Of a DNA stretch of 64,000 nucleotides, positions 9,880 through 18,993 are shown piece after piece; the stretch's first letter is position 1, and each line of letters begins with the position of its first letter. Position numbers and translations under genes: made by a program. The notes beneath the pieces were generated by a model that was given only the letters and a program-made list of their open reading frames with translations, was not told the origin of the DNA and ran no database searches. This DNA is from an uncultured Chitinophagaceae bacterium (GTDB lineage: Bacteria > Bacteroidota > Ignavibacteria > UBA10030 > UBA8401), in NCBI GenBank assembly GCA_964596155.1, contig CAZQSI010000005.1, forward strand, positions 2,275-66,274. Direction: 5' to 3'.

Positions 9880-12800
9880 ATGTTAAAGTTTTTCAGCAAT
9901 CTGTTTGGAAGTAAAAAAGAAAAAGATGTCAGTGTATTGCTGCCGCTCGTTGACGAAATCAATAATCATTTTGCTCAGTTGAGTGCATTGAGCGACGATG
10001 AATTGAGAGGAAAAACCCAGGAATTTAAACATCGAATCGCCGAAGCGCTGAAAGAAACGAAGGACGGTATTGCGGAAACATTAACGCAGCTTGAAACTGA
10101 AAAGGATCCGGCAAAAAGGGAAGAACTGTTTGATGTATTAGAACAACTCGAAAAAGATGAAATTCAGATCGTGAAGGATACGCTTGACGAATTGCTCCCG
10201 GAAGCATTTGCCGTCATCAAAGAAACCTGCCGCAGAATGGTTGGACAGGATTTTGATGTTGTCGGACATAAGTTGAAGTGGGAAATGGTCCCGTACGATG
10301 TTCAGTTGATGGGCGGAATCGTTCTGCACCAGGGGAAGATCGCCGAAATGGCTACCGGTGAAGGAAAAACTTTGGTGGCAGTTGCGCCGATGTATTTGAA
10401 TGCGCTTGCGGGTAAAGGTGTGCATCTCGTTACGGTGAACGACTATCTCGCCCGCCGCGACAGCGAGTGGATGGGGAAAGTGTTTCAATTTCACGGCATG
10501 ACAGTCGGCTGCATCGTTTCCAATCAAAATCCCTTTGTCCGCCGCGAGCAGTATAACTGCGATATTACCTACGGAACGAACAACGAATTCGGCTTTGATT
10601 ATCTCCGCGATAACATGGTGCACACTCCCGACGAAATGGTGCAGCGCGGACATTACTATGCCATCGTCGACGAAGTTGATTCTGTGCTGATCGACGAAGC
10701 CCGAACGCCGCTGATTATCAGCGGTCCCGTCGAAGTGGACGATCACAAATACAACGAGATGAAACCGCGCGTTGAACGGATTGTCAGCACGCAAAAAAAT
10801 ATGATTGCCCGCATGGTGTCCGAAGCCGAAAAATTGCTGAATGAAGGGAAAACAAAGGAAGCGGGTGTACTTTTATTCCGCGCATACCGGGGAGATCCAA
10901 AAAATAAAAAACTGACAAAATTGTTTTCCGAAGGACCTCCGAAAAAATTGATGCTCGAGACCGAATCAGTCTACATCGCTGAACAGAACAAACGTCTGCA
11001 TGAGATTGATGACGAACTCTATTACGCCATCGAAGAAAAAAATCACTCGATTGATCTCACGGAAAAGGGAAGAGAATTTCTAGCCAGCGGAATGGACAAG
11101 GATATGTTTGTCCTTCCCGATGTCGGAACAGAGATGAGCATCATCGAAAATGATACGTCATTGTCTTTCGATCAGAAACAGATAAAGAAGGACGAAGTGA
11201 ACAAGGTGTATTCGGAACGGAGCGACCGCGTCCATACCGTGCGGCAATTGCTCCGTGCCTATTCGCTGTATGAAAAGGATGACGAATATGTCGTGACGGA
11301 CGACGGCAAGGTGCAGATCGTCGATGAATTTACCGGACGTATCCTTCACGGCAGACGATATTCCGACGGATTACATCAAGCAATAGAAGCGAAAGAAGGA
11401 GTGCACGTCGAACGTGACACGCAGACGCTGGCGACCGTAACGCTGCAGAACTATTTCCGTCTTTACAAAAAGCTGGCCGGAATGACCGGTACCGCGGAAA
11501 CGGAAGCTGCTGAATTCTTCGACATCTATAAATTGGATGTTGTTGTCATTCCGACAAACAAGGAAATTATCAGACAGGATCTGAACGACCTTGTGTACCG
11601 TACAAAACGGGAAAAATACAATGCGCTGATTGCGTTGATAAAAGAACTCCGCGAGAAAAAACAACCGGTCCTGGTCGGTACGACAAGCGTTGAAGTATCG
11701 GAGACGCTCAGCCGAATGATGTCGCGTGAAAAGATTCCGCACAACGTGTTGAATGCCAAACAGCATCAGCGGGAGGCGGAAATCGTTGCAAACGCCGGAT
11801 TGCCCGGAGCGGTGACAATCGCCACGAATATGGCCGGACGCGGTACGGATATCAAACTCGGACCGGGAGTCGTCGACGTCGGCGGTCTTTCCATCGTCGG
11901 AACGGAACGGCATGAAGCACGCCGAATCGACCGGCAGCTGCGCGGCCGCGCCGGCCGGCAGGGTGATCCGGGAATGACGAAGTTTTTCCTTTCGCTTGAG
12001 GACGACCTGATGCGACTCTTCGGCAGCGACAGAATCGCTTCTGTGATGACAAAATTAGGCGCCGAGGAAGGGGAAGTCATCGAACATTCGATGATCACGC
12101 GGATGATCGAACGGGCGCAGAAAAAAGTGGAAGAGAATAATTTCGGAATTCGAAAACGCCTGCTGGAATATGATAACGTAATGAATCAGCAGCGCGAAGT
12201 GATATACTCCAAACGCAGGCACGCACTGCTGGGTGAACATCTTGAGGACGACATTTACCAGATGCTCGAGGATTACGTTGATGATGTGGTTGAACGTCAC
12301 TATGAACCGGGAACGATCGATGAGATGAGGGATGAACTCCGGTCGAATATTCTGATTGATTTCCAGATCACTCCGGATGAGTTTCAGTCGCTGGGTGCTC
12401 AGGGGGTGAAAGAAAAAGTGATGGAAACGGCAACTCAGTTCCTTGCTCGGAAACGCGAACTGGTCGGATCTGAAGCAATGGAGTTCATCCAAAAAATATC
12501 CTTGCTGCAGATTATCGACAGCCGTTGGAAAGAACATCTGAGAGAAATGGATGATCTAAAGGAGGGAATCTATCTCCGGGCATACGGGCAAAAGGATCCG
12601 ATCCTTGAATACAAAGGGGAAGCGTACAAGATGTTCGTTGAACTCATCGGCTTAATCAATCGTGAAGCGCTCAATATGGTTTTCAAACTCTATCCGGAGA
12701 ATCAAGCTCAGCTTGAAGCTCAGCAGCAGCGTCGCGGATTCCAGCGGGAGAGAATGACGCTCACCCATTCGGCATCAACCGGTATGGGACTGCAGGGAAC

Positions 12801-12951
12801 CATCGACTCGGAATCGGGTGAACCCAAACAACAGCAGCAACAGGCGCCGAAGGTCCAGCAACTTATATCCGGCGAAAAAGTCGGAAGAAACGACCCCTGC
12901 CCGTGCGGCAGCGGAAAAAAATATAAAAACTGTCACGGCAAGAATGCATAA
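9880..12951 (+). CDS. secA: preprotein translocase ATPase SecA
   Basis: 1023 aa. Motifs are MATGEGKT (Walker A), DEVDSVLIDEARTPLIISG, TNMAGRGTDIKLG and the C-terminal zinc motif CPCGSGKKYKNCHG. Confidence 0.97.
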   Translation: MLKFFSNLFGSKKEKDVSVLLPLVDEINNHFAQLSALSDDELRGKTQEFKHRIAEALKETKDGIAETLTQLETEKDPAKREELFDVLEQLEKDEIQIVKDTLDELLPEAFAVIKETCRRMVGQDFDVVGHKLKWEMVPYDVQLMGGIVLHQGKIAEMATGEGKTLVAVAPMYLNALAGKGVHLVTVNDYLARRDSEWMGKVFQFHGMTVGCIVSNQNPFVRREQYNCDITYGTNNEFGFDYLRDNMVHTPDEMVQRGHYYAIVDEVDSVLIDEARTPLIISGPVEVDDHKYNEMKPRVERIVSTQKNMIARMVSEAEKLLNEGKTKEAGVLLFRAYRGDPKNKKLTKLFSEGPPKKLMLETESVYIAEQNKRLHEIDDELYYAIEEKNHSIDLTEKGREFLASGMDKDMFVLPDVGTEMSIIENDTSLSFDQKQIKKDEVNKVYSERSDRVHTVRQLLRAYSLYEKDDEYVVTDDGKVQIVDEFTGRILHGRRYSDGLHQAIEAKEGVHVERDTQTLATVTLQNYFRLYKKLAGMTGTAETEAAEFFDIYKLDVVVIPTNKEIIRQDLNDLVYRTKREKYNALIALIKELREKKQPVLVGTTSVEVSETLSRMMSREKIPHNVLNAKQHQREAEIVANAGLPGAVTIATNMAGRGTDIKLGPGVVDVGGLSIVGTERHEARRIDRQLRGRAGRQGDPGMTKFFLSLEDDLMRLFGSDRIASVMTKLGAEEGEVIEHSMITRMIERAQKKVEENNFGIRKRLLEYDNVMNQQREVIYSKRRHALLGEHLEDDIYQMLEDYVDDVVERHYEPGTIDEMRDELRSNILIDFQITPDEFQSLGAQGVKEKVMETATQFLARKRELVGSEAMEFIQKISLLQIIDSRWKEHLREMDDLKEGIYLRAYGQKDPILEYKGEAYKMFVELIGLINREALNMVFKLYPENQAQLEAQQQRRGFQRERMTLTHSASTGMGLQGTIDSESGEPKQQQQQAPKVQQLISGEKVGRNDPCPCGSGKKYKNCHGKNA

Positions 12952-13065
12952 CTGACGGAAAAACTTCCGTTGTGTGCGTGCCATCATTTGAAATGCGACA
13001 ATGCACACTTATTATCATCTGACGACATTCATTCGTTTATTTCATTCATCCATTACGAGGTCTCT

Positions 13066-13638
13066 ATGAAGCGTTTCATCACACACTGTGCCATGCTGCT
13101 GTTGGTAAGTGTCGGCTATTCACAGCGAACCATTCCGCTGAATCTCGAACAATTGGTTCGGGAAGCAGGTGTAATCGTCGATGCGGAAGTGGTCAATGTC
13201 GAAAGCGGCAGGGATCAAGAATCCGGATTGATCGTCACCTGGGTGACACTGAATGTTCATGAAAATTTTTACGGATCGCAAGGCAAACGGATAACCTTCA
13301 AGCAATATGGCGGTGATGCCGAAGGTCTGGCGAATTACCCGGTTCACCTTCCCAGATATTCAAAGGGGGAAAGGACGATTCTCTTTCTCTACAAACCGAG
13401 CAAGGTTGGCATGCAGAGTCCTGTCGGAATGCAGCAGGGAAAATTTATCGTCCAAAAAACAGGAACGTCCAAAACCAGAATTAAAAATTTGACGCTAAAT
13501 CCCAGCCTGTTCAAAGGTCTTTCCGATGCCAGTATTAGTGACGGACGCATATCATCGCTGAATGAAACAGACGGGTCGTTGGATTTTGAAGAGTTCACCG
13601 GTCTCATTCGTTCGTTTGTTTCCACCATTAAACAATAG
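13066..13638 (+). CDS. hypothetical secreted protein
   Basis: ATG 13066 gives the signal peptide MKRFITHCAMLLLVSVGYSQ. No recognisable domain. Ends 8 nt before the metzincin gene. Confidence 0.55.
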   Translation: MKRFITHCAMLLLVSVGYSQRTIPLNLEQLVREAGVIVDAEVVNVESGRDQESGLIVTWVTLNVHENFYGSQGKRITFKQYGGDAEGLANYPVHLPRYSKGERTILFLYKPSKVGMQSPVGMQQGKFIVQKTGTSKTRIKNLTLNPSLFKGLSDASISDGRISSLNETDGSLDFEEFTGLIRSFVSTIKQ

Positions 13639-13646
13639 GGCCAATT

Positions 13647-15602
13647 ATGAAAATAATATTCAGATCATTCGATGCAATACTTTTGACGGTCGTTGGCCTT
13701 TTTTCGGTTGTTCTGGCAGGCGGTCCGACAGCAACGCGTAACGGGGCTCCCGTCCGTTACAACAATGCTTCTCCAATTACATACAAAACCGATCAGGGCC
13801 CAATGGGCAGTTTTACCAACACGGTTGCAACAAACCTCACGATAAACAGTTTTCAGACATGGCAGAATGTTTCGACCGCTCAGATTTCTTTTACAAACGG
13901 CGGACAGCTTCCGGTGGATGTCACAAGCGCTAATTATACCACGTACATTGACAATTTTACGGACGGTATCAATCCGATGATATTCGATTCGGACGGTTCG
14001 CTGGTTGAAGCGATGCTTGGTTCCGGTTCATCGAATACCGTTATCGGATTTGCCGGTTCGTCGTATTTTACATCAGGACCGAATGAAGGAAAGTATGCCG
14101 AAGGTCAGGCAGTGATGAACGGAAAATTTGCGAATAATCCGTTCACGGAGGCACAATTTAAATCAACATTTGTACATGAATTCGGTCACTTTATCGGTCT
14201 TGATCACTCGCAGATCAACTCCCACATGGCGAATGATAACAACAAAAGTAACGAGATCTATATTCCGACCATGTATCCGACATCGACGGACGACGACGTT
14301 CCGCTCGGTGATCTGAATCCCGATGATATTGCGGCCGTCTCATTGCTCTATCCCGCATCGAACTTTGCAACGAGCACCGGTAAAATATCTGGAACGGTGA
14401 CGAGATTCGACAATTCCGCTGCGCTGGGTGTAAATGTCGTTGCATTCAGTACAGGATCGGATTCACTGATGAACCGCATCTCCACCGTGACAGACTATTA
14501 TAAACAAAACAGCGGAGCATTCACGCTGGTCGGACTGGCGCCGGGAAATTATTATGTTTTTATTGAACCGATTAAAACTTCATTTATCGAAGGCTCCAGT
14601 GTCGGTCCGTACGCCGGCTCCGCATCGGATTTGTCGTTTGTCAACCCGGTATCCATGGAATATTGGAATGCGGGAAATGAATCGTGGGATCCTTCGGTTG
14701 ATGATGCTTCCGCTAAAACCGCTGTTGCCGTATCGGCAAATGCAACTACGTCTAACATTAATATTGTGGCCAATAAAATCGGCAATGCACCGCAGACATC
14801 GATTTTACAATATCATTTTGGACTCAGCGGTGTATTTAAGCTTCCTTCGCAGTATGCCGATTCCCGGTACGCGGTACGGTTTACTCCCGCGTCGAATGCA
14901 AAGTTTCTCAGGACGGAATTTTATATCAACGGTTCGAACAATGCGATTTCCGGCAATGGAACATTAAAGGTATCGATGCATCAAAATACTGCTGGAAGCC
15001 TCGGCGGAATTCCGGGAGCCCAAATAGGAACGGCCGTGAATATTCCATTTGCACAAATTACAAAAGGAACCTACAACACTGTTAATTTTTCATCTCAAAA
15101 TTTGCCGGTGACCGCCAATACGAATTTTCATATGGTGTTCGAAGTTGTCGGCGGTGCGGGCGACACGCTGCAGTTTGTGACTGATGACGGTTCAAATTCC
15201 AGCGATCGGTCTTCATCCTATTTTAATAATGCATGGGTGAATATTAAGCACCCGACAAATTACGGCATCGGATACAATCTTGCGATCAGGGCGGTGGTGG
15301 AAGTGCCTGCATCCGTAAAAGAAGAAGCATTGTTTGCGGAAACATTTTCACTTTCGCAAAATTATCCAAATCCGTTCAATCCTTCCACAACGATCGCATT
15401 TTCAATTCCTGTTGAAGGTCTGGTAACGGTGAAAGTGTTCACACTGCTCGGCGAGGAAGTGACGACACTTGTACAGGAACATTTGATGTCCGGAGCGTAT
15501 TCGACATCGTTTGATGGATCAAAACTTTCCAGCGGTATGTATTTCTACACCATTACGGCAGGGGAGTTTTCCCAAACAAAGAAGATGCTTTTGCTTAAAT
15601 AA
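13647..15602 (+). CDS. secreted metzincin (matrixin-like zinc metalloprotease) with T9SS C-terminal sorting domain
   Basis: 651 aa with a signal peptide. Has the HEFGHFIGLDH zinc motif (HExxHxxGxxH) and the downstream Met-turn IPTMYP. A CarboxypepD_reg-like segment follows. The C-terminal 75 aa (NYPNPFNPSTTIAF ... GMYFYTI) match the T9SS CTD pattern. Confidence 0.8.
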   Translation: MKIIFRSFDAILLTVVGLFSVVLAGGPTATRNGAPVRYNNASPITYKTDQGPMGSFTNTVATNLTINSFQTWQNVSTAQISFTNGGQLPVDVTSANYTTYIDNFTDGINPMIFDSDGSLVEAMLGSGSSNTVIGFAGSSYFTSGPNEGKYAEGQAVMNGKFANNPFTEAQFKSTFVHEFGHFIGLDHSQINSHMANDNNKSNEIYIPTMYPTSTDDDVPLGDLNPDDIAAVSLLYPASNFATSTGKISGTVTRFDNSAALGVNVVAFSTGSDSLMNRISTVTDYYKQNSGAFTLVGLAPGNYYVFIEPIKTSFIEGSSVGPYAGSASDLSFVNPVSMEYWNAGNESWDPSVDDASAKTAVAVSANATTSNINIVANKIGNAPQTSILQYHFGLSGVFKLPSQYADSRYAVRFTPASNAKFLRTEFYINGSNNAISGNGTLKVSMHQNTAGSLGGIPGAQIGTAVNIPFAQITKGTYNTVNFSSQNLPVTANTNFHMVFEVVGGAGDTLQFVTDDGSNSSDRSSSYFNNAWVNIKHPTNYGIGYNLAIRAVVEVPASVKEEALFAETFSLSQNYPNPFNPSTTIAFSIPVEGLVTVKVFTLLGEEVTTLVQEHLMSGAYSTSFDGSKLSSGMYFYTITAGEFSQTKKMLLLK

Positions 15603-15711
15603 GAAACGAAAATATTTTCAGTACATTTGAAAAATCCGATTAATTCTCTATGTTGAGTGACATATCACCGACGGAGACTAGTCGGATTTTTTTATCTGGT
15701 GCTGACCAATA

Positions 15712-18201
15712 TTGACAATGGCTTTTTTCAAGCAAACTTTTTTGTCGCTCTACGCTCTCAGGTTTCCTGAAATCTATATCGTCGCTCTTTTTTTTGCTGG
15801 TGCGGGCTGGTATTCGATGTCCGATTATCTGTTCTATACGCCAGATAGTGCTCGGTATGTCATTTGGTCAAACTCTCTGGCATCGGGTGACGGATTTTCT
15901 GATTATACCTCTCCGGAACCAAAAAAATATGTCATCCATGCGCCGTTATACTCGGTTGTCATGGCGCCGGCAGCATTCTTTTTTGAAAATAACATCATCG
16001 CAATAAAAGCCGGAACGGTCATTCTTGCTGTTATTCTGCTGTTCGTCTTTCATGGTTACATGCTCAGCCGTTCCGGAAGGTGGGCTGCGTTATTCGCTGC
16101 TGCCGTCTTGGCGTTTCACCCGTTGACGCTGGTCTATTCCACCCAGCCGCTGTCCGAAATTCTCTTTGCACTGTCGTTTATTGCGCTGTTGGCGGTATTG
16201 GACAAGTGGGTAAGCACCGGATATGTCCGCAACAGACTGCTTGCCGGAGTTGTTATTTCGCTGCTTGCATGTATCCTTTCGAGGGAAATCGGAATGATAT
16301 TGCTTCTTGCCGTCGTTCTTTATGTGGCAATGCAAAAACAGTATGAAAAAGCAGCAATTATTTTCATGTCTGTCATCATCGTCTACTCTCTCTGGCTGTT
16401 TAGAAACGAATTGCTGATCGCTGGTCAGGAGCAGCCGGAATTGCGAAATATGACTCTGATCGTTTCTCACATTCTGACGTCGCATGAGCAGTCGTTATTT
16501 CTCGAATTTTACACCCGCATGATGGTAAACGGTGAATTTTATATTCAACAGCTTCACTCACTCATTTTTTATTCTCAGTTTACTCCGTCCGGAGCGTACG
16601 AATCATCCATCATGCCTGTTGTTGACAGAACGTCCGTTTATATCGTTGCAGCACAACAAGCGGTTTCCATCATCTTTCCTCTGCTCGCGGCATTTCCGTT
16701 GGTGCTTCTTGCCGCCGGAATCATCAAAGAACGAACAAATAAACACTTTCTTTTTATCTACATTTTTTTCCTTCCGCTGTATCTCTGCCTTCTGATGATC
16801 TATCCGGTGTATGATATTCGATTTCTCTATCCGCTTCTGCTGATGCTGATTCTGCTAGCGGGAATCGGATTCGGAGAATTGCTGCTCAGAAAAAACTCAT
16901 ACATAACGGCAGCACTGATCATTTGTTCATTGGCTGCATTGATACCGAATGTTCTGTGGGGTTTAAGCTACATTGAAGAAGGAAATACGTATCATTCGGA
17001 TCAACTGGAATATTTCAACGAATTAAAGAAGCATCCCGAAAAATTGACATCGTTGAACAAACCGTTTGGAAAAGCCGCAGAGTGGATTACAAGCAGGAAC
17101 GATTCATCAGAAGTGATCATTTCCCGATGGAAGGAGCTGGGACTTTATCTGCAGAACAAAAAAATTTTTCTGATGGAATCATTCACTCCCATTGCATCAT
17201 TTGAACAGACGATTCGGGATTATGGCGTGCGGTATATCGTGACGACGAAAAATGATTATGACTGGCATGAATATGAATTTCAGATGAATCTTTCTCGTCG
17301 GTATTCGTTTGTCCTGGTGCACTCTGTTGCGGATTTTGATATTTATGAAGTAAAAAATGTCACAAAAGAAAATCCCAAACGTGTTGATACACATCAGGCA
17401 TATCAATTCCTTTTTTATCATCTTGGCCGCGGTAATTATGATACACTGATGACGTTCTTCAGGAGCAATGAAGAAATTGTCAATGCCAATCCTTCGCTGC
17501 GATTTTACCGGGGGGTGACAAGGGAATGTGCCGGAGATCTCGACACCGCTCTCATTGAATTCGAGGAATTATACCGGCTGCCGCAAGGTATTTCCATGTC
17601 CCAGCAGATCGGATTTCACAAAAATGTTATTGACAAGCGAAAAGCTGCCTTAAGAAGTTTGAATGCTCAGGAACGGTCGGCGTTGACGTTTAATGTTGCG
17701 CTGAATTATTGGGAGCTTGATTTGAGGCAGAGTGCGTTCGATTTTCTCGAACGGACGCTGGTCATAGACAGCATGTATATGCCAGCATATAGTTTGAAGA
17801 TCTATTTTTCACTTGTGAATCAGGACACGGCAAGTGCCAAGACGACATTCACCTATGCAGCAAAGCAATTCCCTTCGGAACCGGTGATATTCGTATTTTC
17901 AGAACTATTTTCGCGGTTCGATTCATTGACAAAGGCAGGAACATATAAAAGAACTGCTGAACTCTATCGGAGAGCGGCAAATGATTACCAGTTGTTAGGG
18001 TTATCGGAAAGTTCGCTGGAAGGGTTGTGGTATGCACATATGTTGGACCGGAGCAATATCGTATATTCAATTGCATTAGCTTCCTTGTTTGAGAAAAAAT
18101 CCAAGTATTATCCCGCCTTAAAAATATTAGAATATACTAATTCAGTGAATTCTGACAAAAACATTCAAAAACGGATTGAAGAACTCAAACGGAGGTATTG
18201 A
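15712..18201 (+). CDS. polytopic GT-C-type (ArnT/PMT-like) glycosyltransferase with C-terminal TPR-like domain
   Basis: 829 aa. About 11-13 hydrophobic helices span the first 420 aa, with an acidic first loop (TPDSARY ... SGDGFSD), as in GT-C enzymes. The C-terminal 300 aa are helical-repeat/TPR-like. The call rests on architecture, not a search. Start is TTG 15712 or ATG 15718. Confidence 0.55.
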   Translation: MTMAFFKQTFLSLYALRFPEIYIVALFFAGAGWYSMSDYLFYTPDSARYVIWSNSLASGDGFSDYTSPEPKKYVIHAPLYSVVMAPAAFFFENNIIAIKAGTVILAVILLFVFHGYMLSRSGRWAALFAAAVLAFHPLTLVYSTQPLSEILFALSFIALLAVLDKWVSTGYVRNRLLAGVVISLLACILSREIGMILLLAVVLYVAMQKQYEKAAIIFMSVIIVYSLWLFRNELLIAGQEQPELRNMTLIVSHILTSHEQSLFLEFYTRMMVNGEFYIQQLHSLIFYSQFTPSGAYESSIMPVVDRTSVYIVAAQQAVSIIFPLLAAFPLVLLAAGIIKERTNKHFLFIYIFFLPLYLCLLMIYPVYDIRFLYPLLLMLILLAGIGFGELLLRKNSYITAALIICSLAALIPNVLWGLSYIEEGNTYHSDQLEYFNELKKHPEKLTSLNKPFGKAAEWITSRNDSSEVIISRWKELGLYLQNKKIFLMESFTPIASFEQTIRDYGVRYIVTTKNDYDWHEYEFQMNLSRRYSFVLVHSVADFDIYEVKNVTKENPKRVDTHQAYQFLFYHLGRGNYDTLMTFFRSNEEIVNANPSLRFYRGVTRECAGDLDTALIEFEELYRLPQGISMSQQIGFHKNVIDKRKAALRSLNAQERSALTFNVALNYWELDLRQSAFDFLERTLVIDSMYMPAYSLKIYFSLVNQDTASAKTTFTYAAKQFPSEPVIFVFSELFSRFDSLTKAGTYKRTAELYRRAANDYQLLGLSESSLEGLWYAHMLDRSNIVYSIALASLFEKKSKYYPALKILEYTNSVNSDKNIQKRIEELKRRY

Positions 18202-18290
18202 CAATATTGCTTTTTTAAGCGAAATTTGAATCAGCAAATAGTGTCAAAATAAGGATATGATTATTTGATGGGAAATAAATACTCTCAGAT

Positions 18291-18319
18291 CGGAAAAAAT
18301 TTCCGCTAGCAATATTGCT
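18291..18319. promoter_or_regulatory. cluster of palindromes upstream of the first pilin-like gene
   Basis: CGGAAA-AAA-TTTCCG at 18291-18305 and the perfect 12-bp palindrome AGCAATATTGCT at 18308-18319. The core CAATATTGCTT recurs at 18202-18212. Confidence 0.3.
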
Positions 18320-18354
18320 TCCCCATAATTTTATGAATTTCATTAAAAATATTT

Positions 18355-18370
18355 TGGCACAACATCTGTA
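18355..18370 (+). promoter_or_regulatory. possible sigma-54 promoter (good -24 element, degenerate -12 element)
   Basis: TGGCAC-aacat-CTGTA compared with the consensus TGGCAC-N5-TTGCW. Lies 60 nt upstream of ATG 18430. The conserved -12 GC dinucleotide is GT here. Confidence 0.3.
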
Positions 18371-18429
18371 GAACTTTCATCAGCCAGTTAATTCACTAAT
18401 CTAAATCACCATAATAAAAGGAGTTCCAT

Positions 18430-18867
18430 ATGGGACAACAACAATTGCTCTTAATCATTCTCGGTGTTATCATCGTTGGTATCGCCGTAGCAGTTGGAAT
18501 CACAATGTTTCAGGACAACGCTGTCAGTGCTAACAAAGATGCAGTGACAAACGACCTGGTTCAATTGGCTGCAAAAGCTCAGCAATATTACCGCAAACCA
18601 GCTTCATTGGGCGGCGGCGGCAATTCATTTGCAGCTTTGACAGCAAATGCCGCTGGTATGGCATTGTTGGTTTCAACAAACTTTTCGGATAATGATAACG
18701 GTCTGTACACGATTTCTACCGCAGGAACAGCTTCATCGGTCATTTTTACCGGCGTTGGAAAAACTGCTCTTGCTGACGGAACATCGTGGCCTTCAGTTAC
18801 CATGACAGTAACCTCTTCTGGTTACCAGCTTGGTGCCTGGGGTACAACAACAACGGATCCGAACTAA
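18430..18867 (+). CDS. type IV pilin-like major subunit candidate 1 (non-canonical N-terminus MGQQQLLLIILG)
   Basis: 145 aa. AAAGGAG lies 6 nt upstream and an in-frame stop at 18415-18417 fixes the start. A 25-residue N-terminal hydrophobic helix is followed by the amphipathic segment MFQDNAVSANKDAVTNDLVQLAAKAQQYY. Adjacent to pilC/pilB. Lacks the G|FTLIE site. Confidence 0.65.
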   Translation: MGQQQLLLIILGVIIVGIAVAVGITMFQDNAVSANKDAVTNDLVQLAAKAQQYYRKPASLGGGGNSFAALTANAAGMALLVSTNFSDNDNGLYTISTAGTASSVIFTGVGKTALADGTSWPSVTMTVTSSGYQLGAWGTTTTDPN

Positions 18868-18895
18868 CGTCTGTTGATGGTTTTTTTTTTGAACT

Positions 18896-18929
18896 CCCCA
18901 TTCAGTATATTATTTCATACTGAATGGGG
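18896..18929. other. perfect 13-bp stem-loop between the two pilin-like paralogs
   Basis: CCCCATTCAGTAT, an 8-nt loop, then ATACTGAATGGGG. A T10 run (18881-18890) comes before the stem rather than after it. Confidence 0.6.
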
Positions 18930-18993
18930 GAAGGTTCAAAGATCAGGGGAAAAATCACAATGGTTTGCACACAAATAATTCGTAGACGTTGAT

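Noticed and set aside
10138-10794. 218-aa ORF on the minus strand
   Set aside because: It lies entirely antisense to the strongly supported secA gene. It has no recognisable motifs and a low-complexity, His/Phe-rich composition typical of shadow ORFs.
12970-13065. Upstream in-frame extension of a track ORF. Similar cases occur at 43426-43506, 53714-53803, 62367-62492, 3376-3426 and 9158-9178.
   Set aside because: The extensions overlap upstream genes or terminator hairpins and lack signal-peptide logic. Internal ATGs give proper signal peptides or canonical N-termini.
18881-18929. T10 plus hairpin read as a standard intrinsic terminator of pilin gene 1
   Set aside because: The U-tract would precede the stem rather than follow it, and the minus-strand reading gives an A-tract. 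It is kept only as an unexplained structure (see findings).
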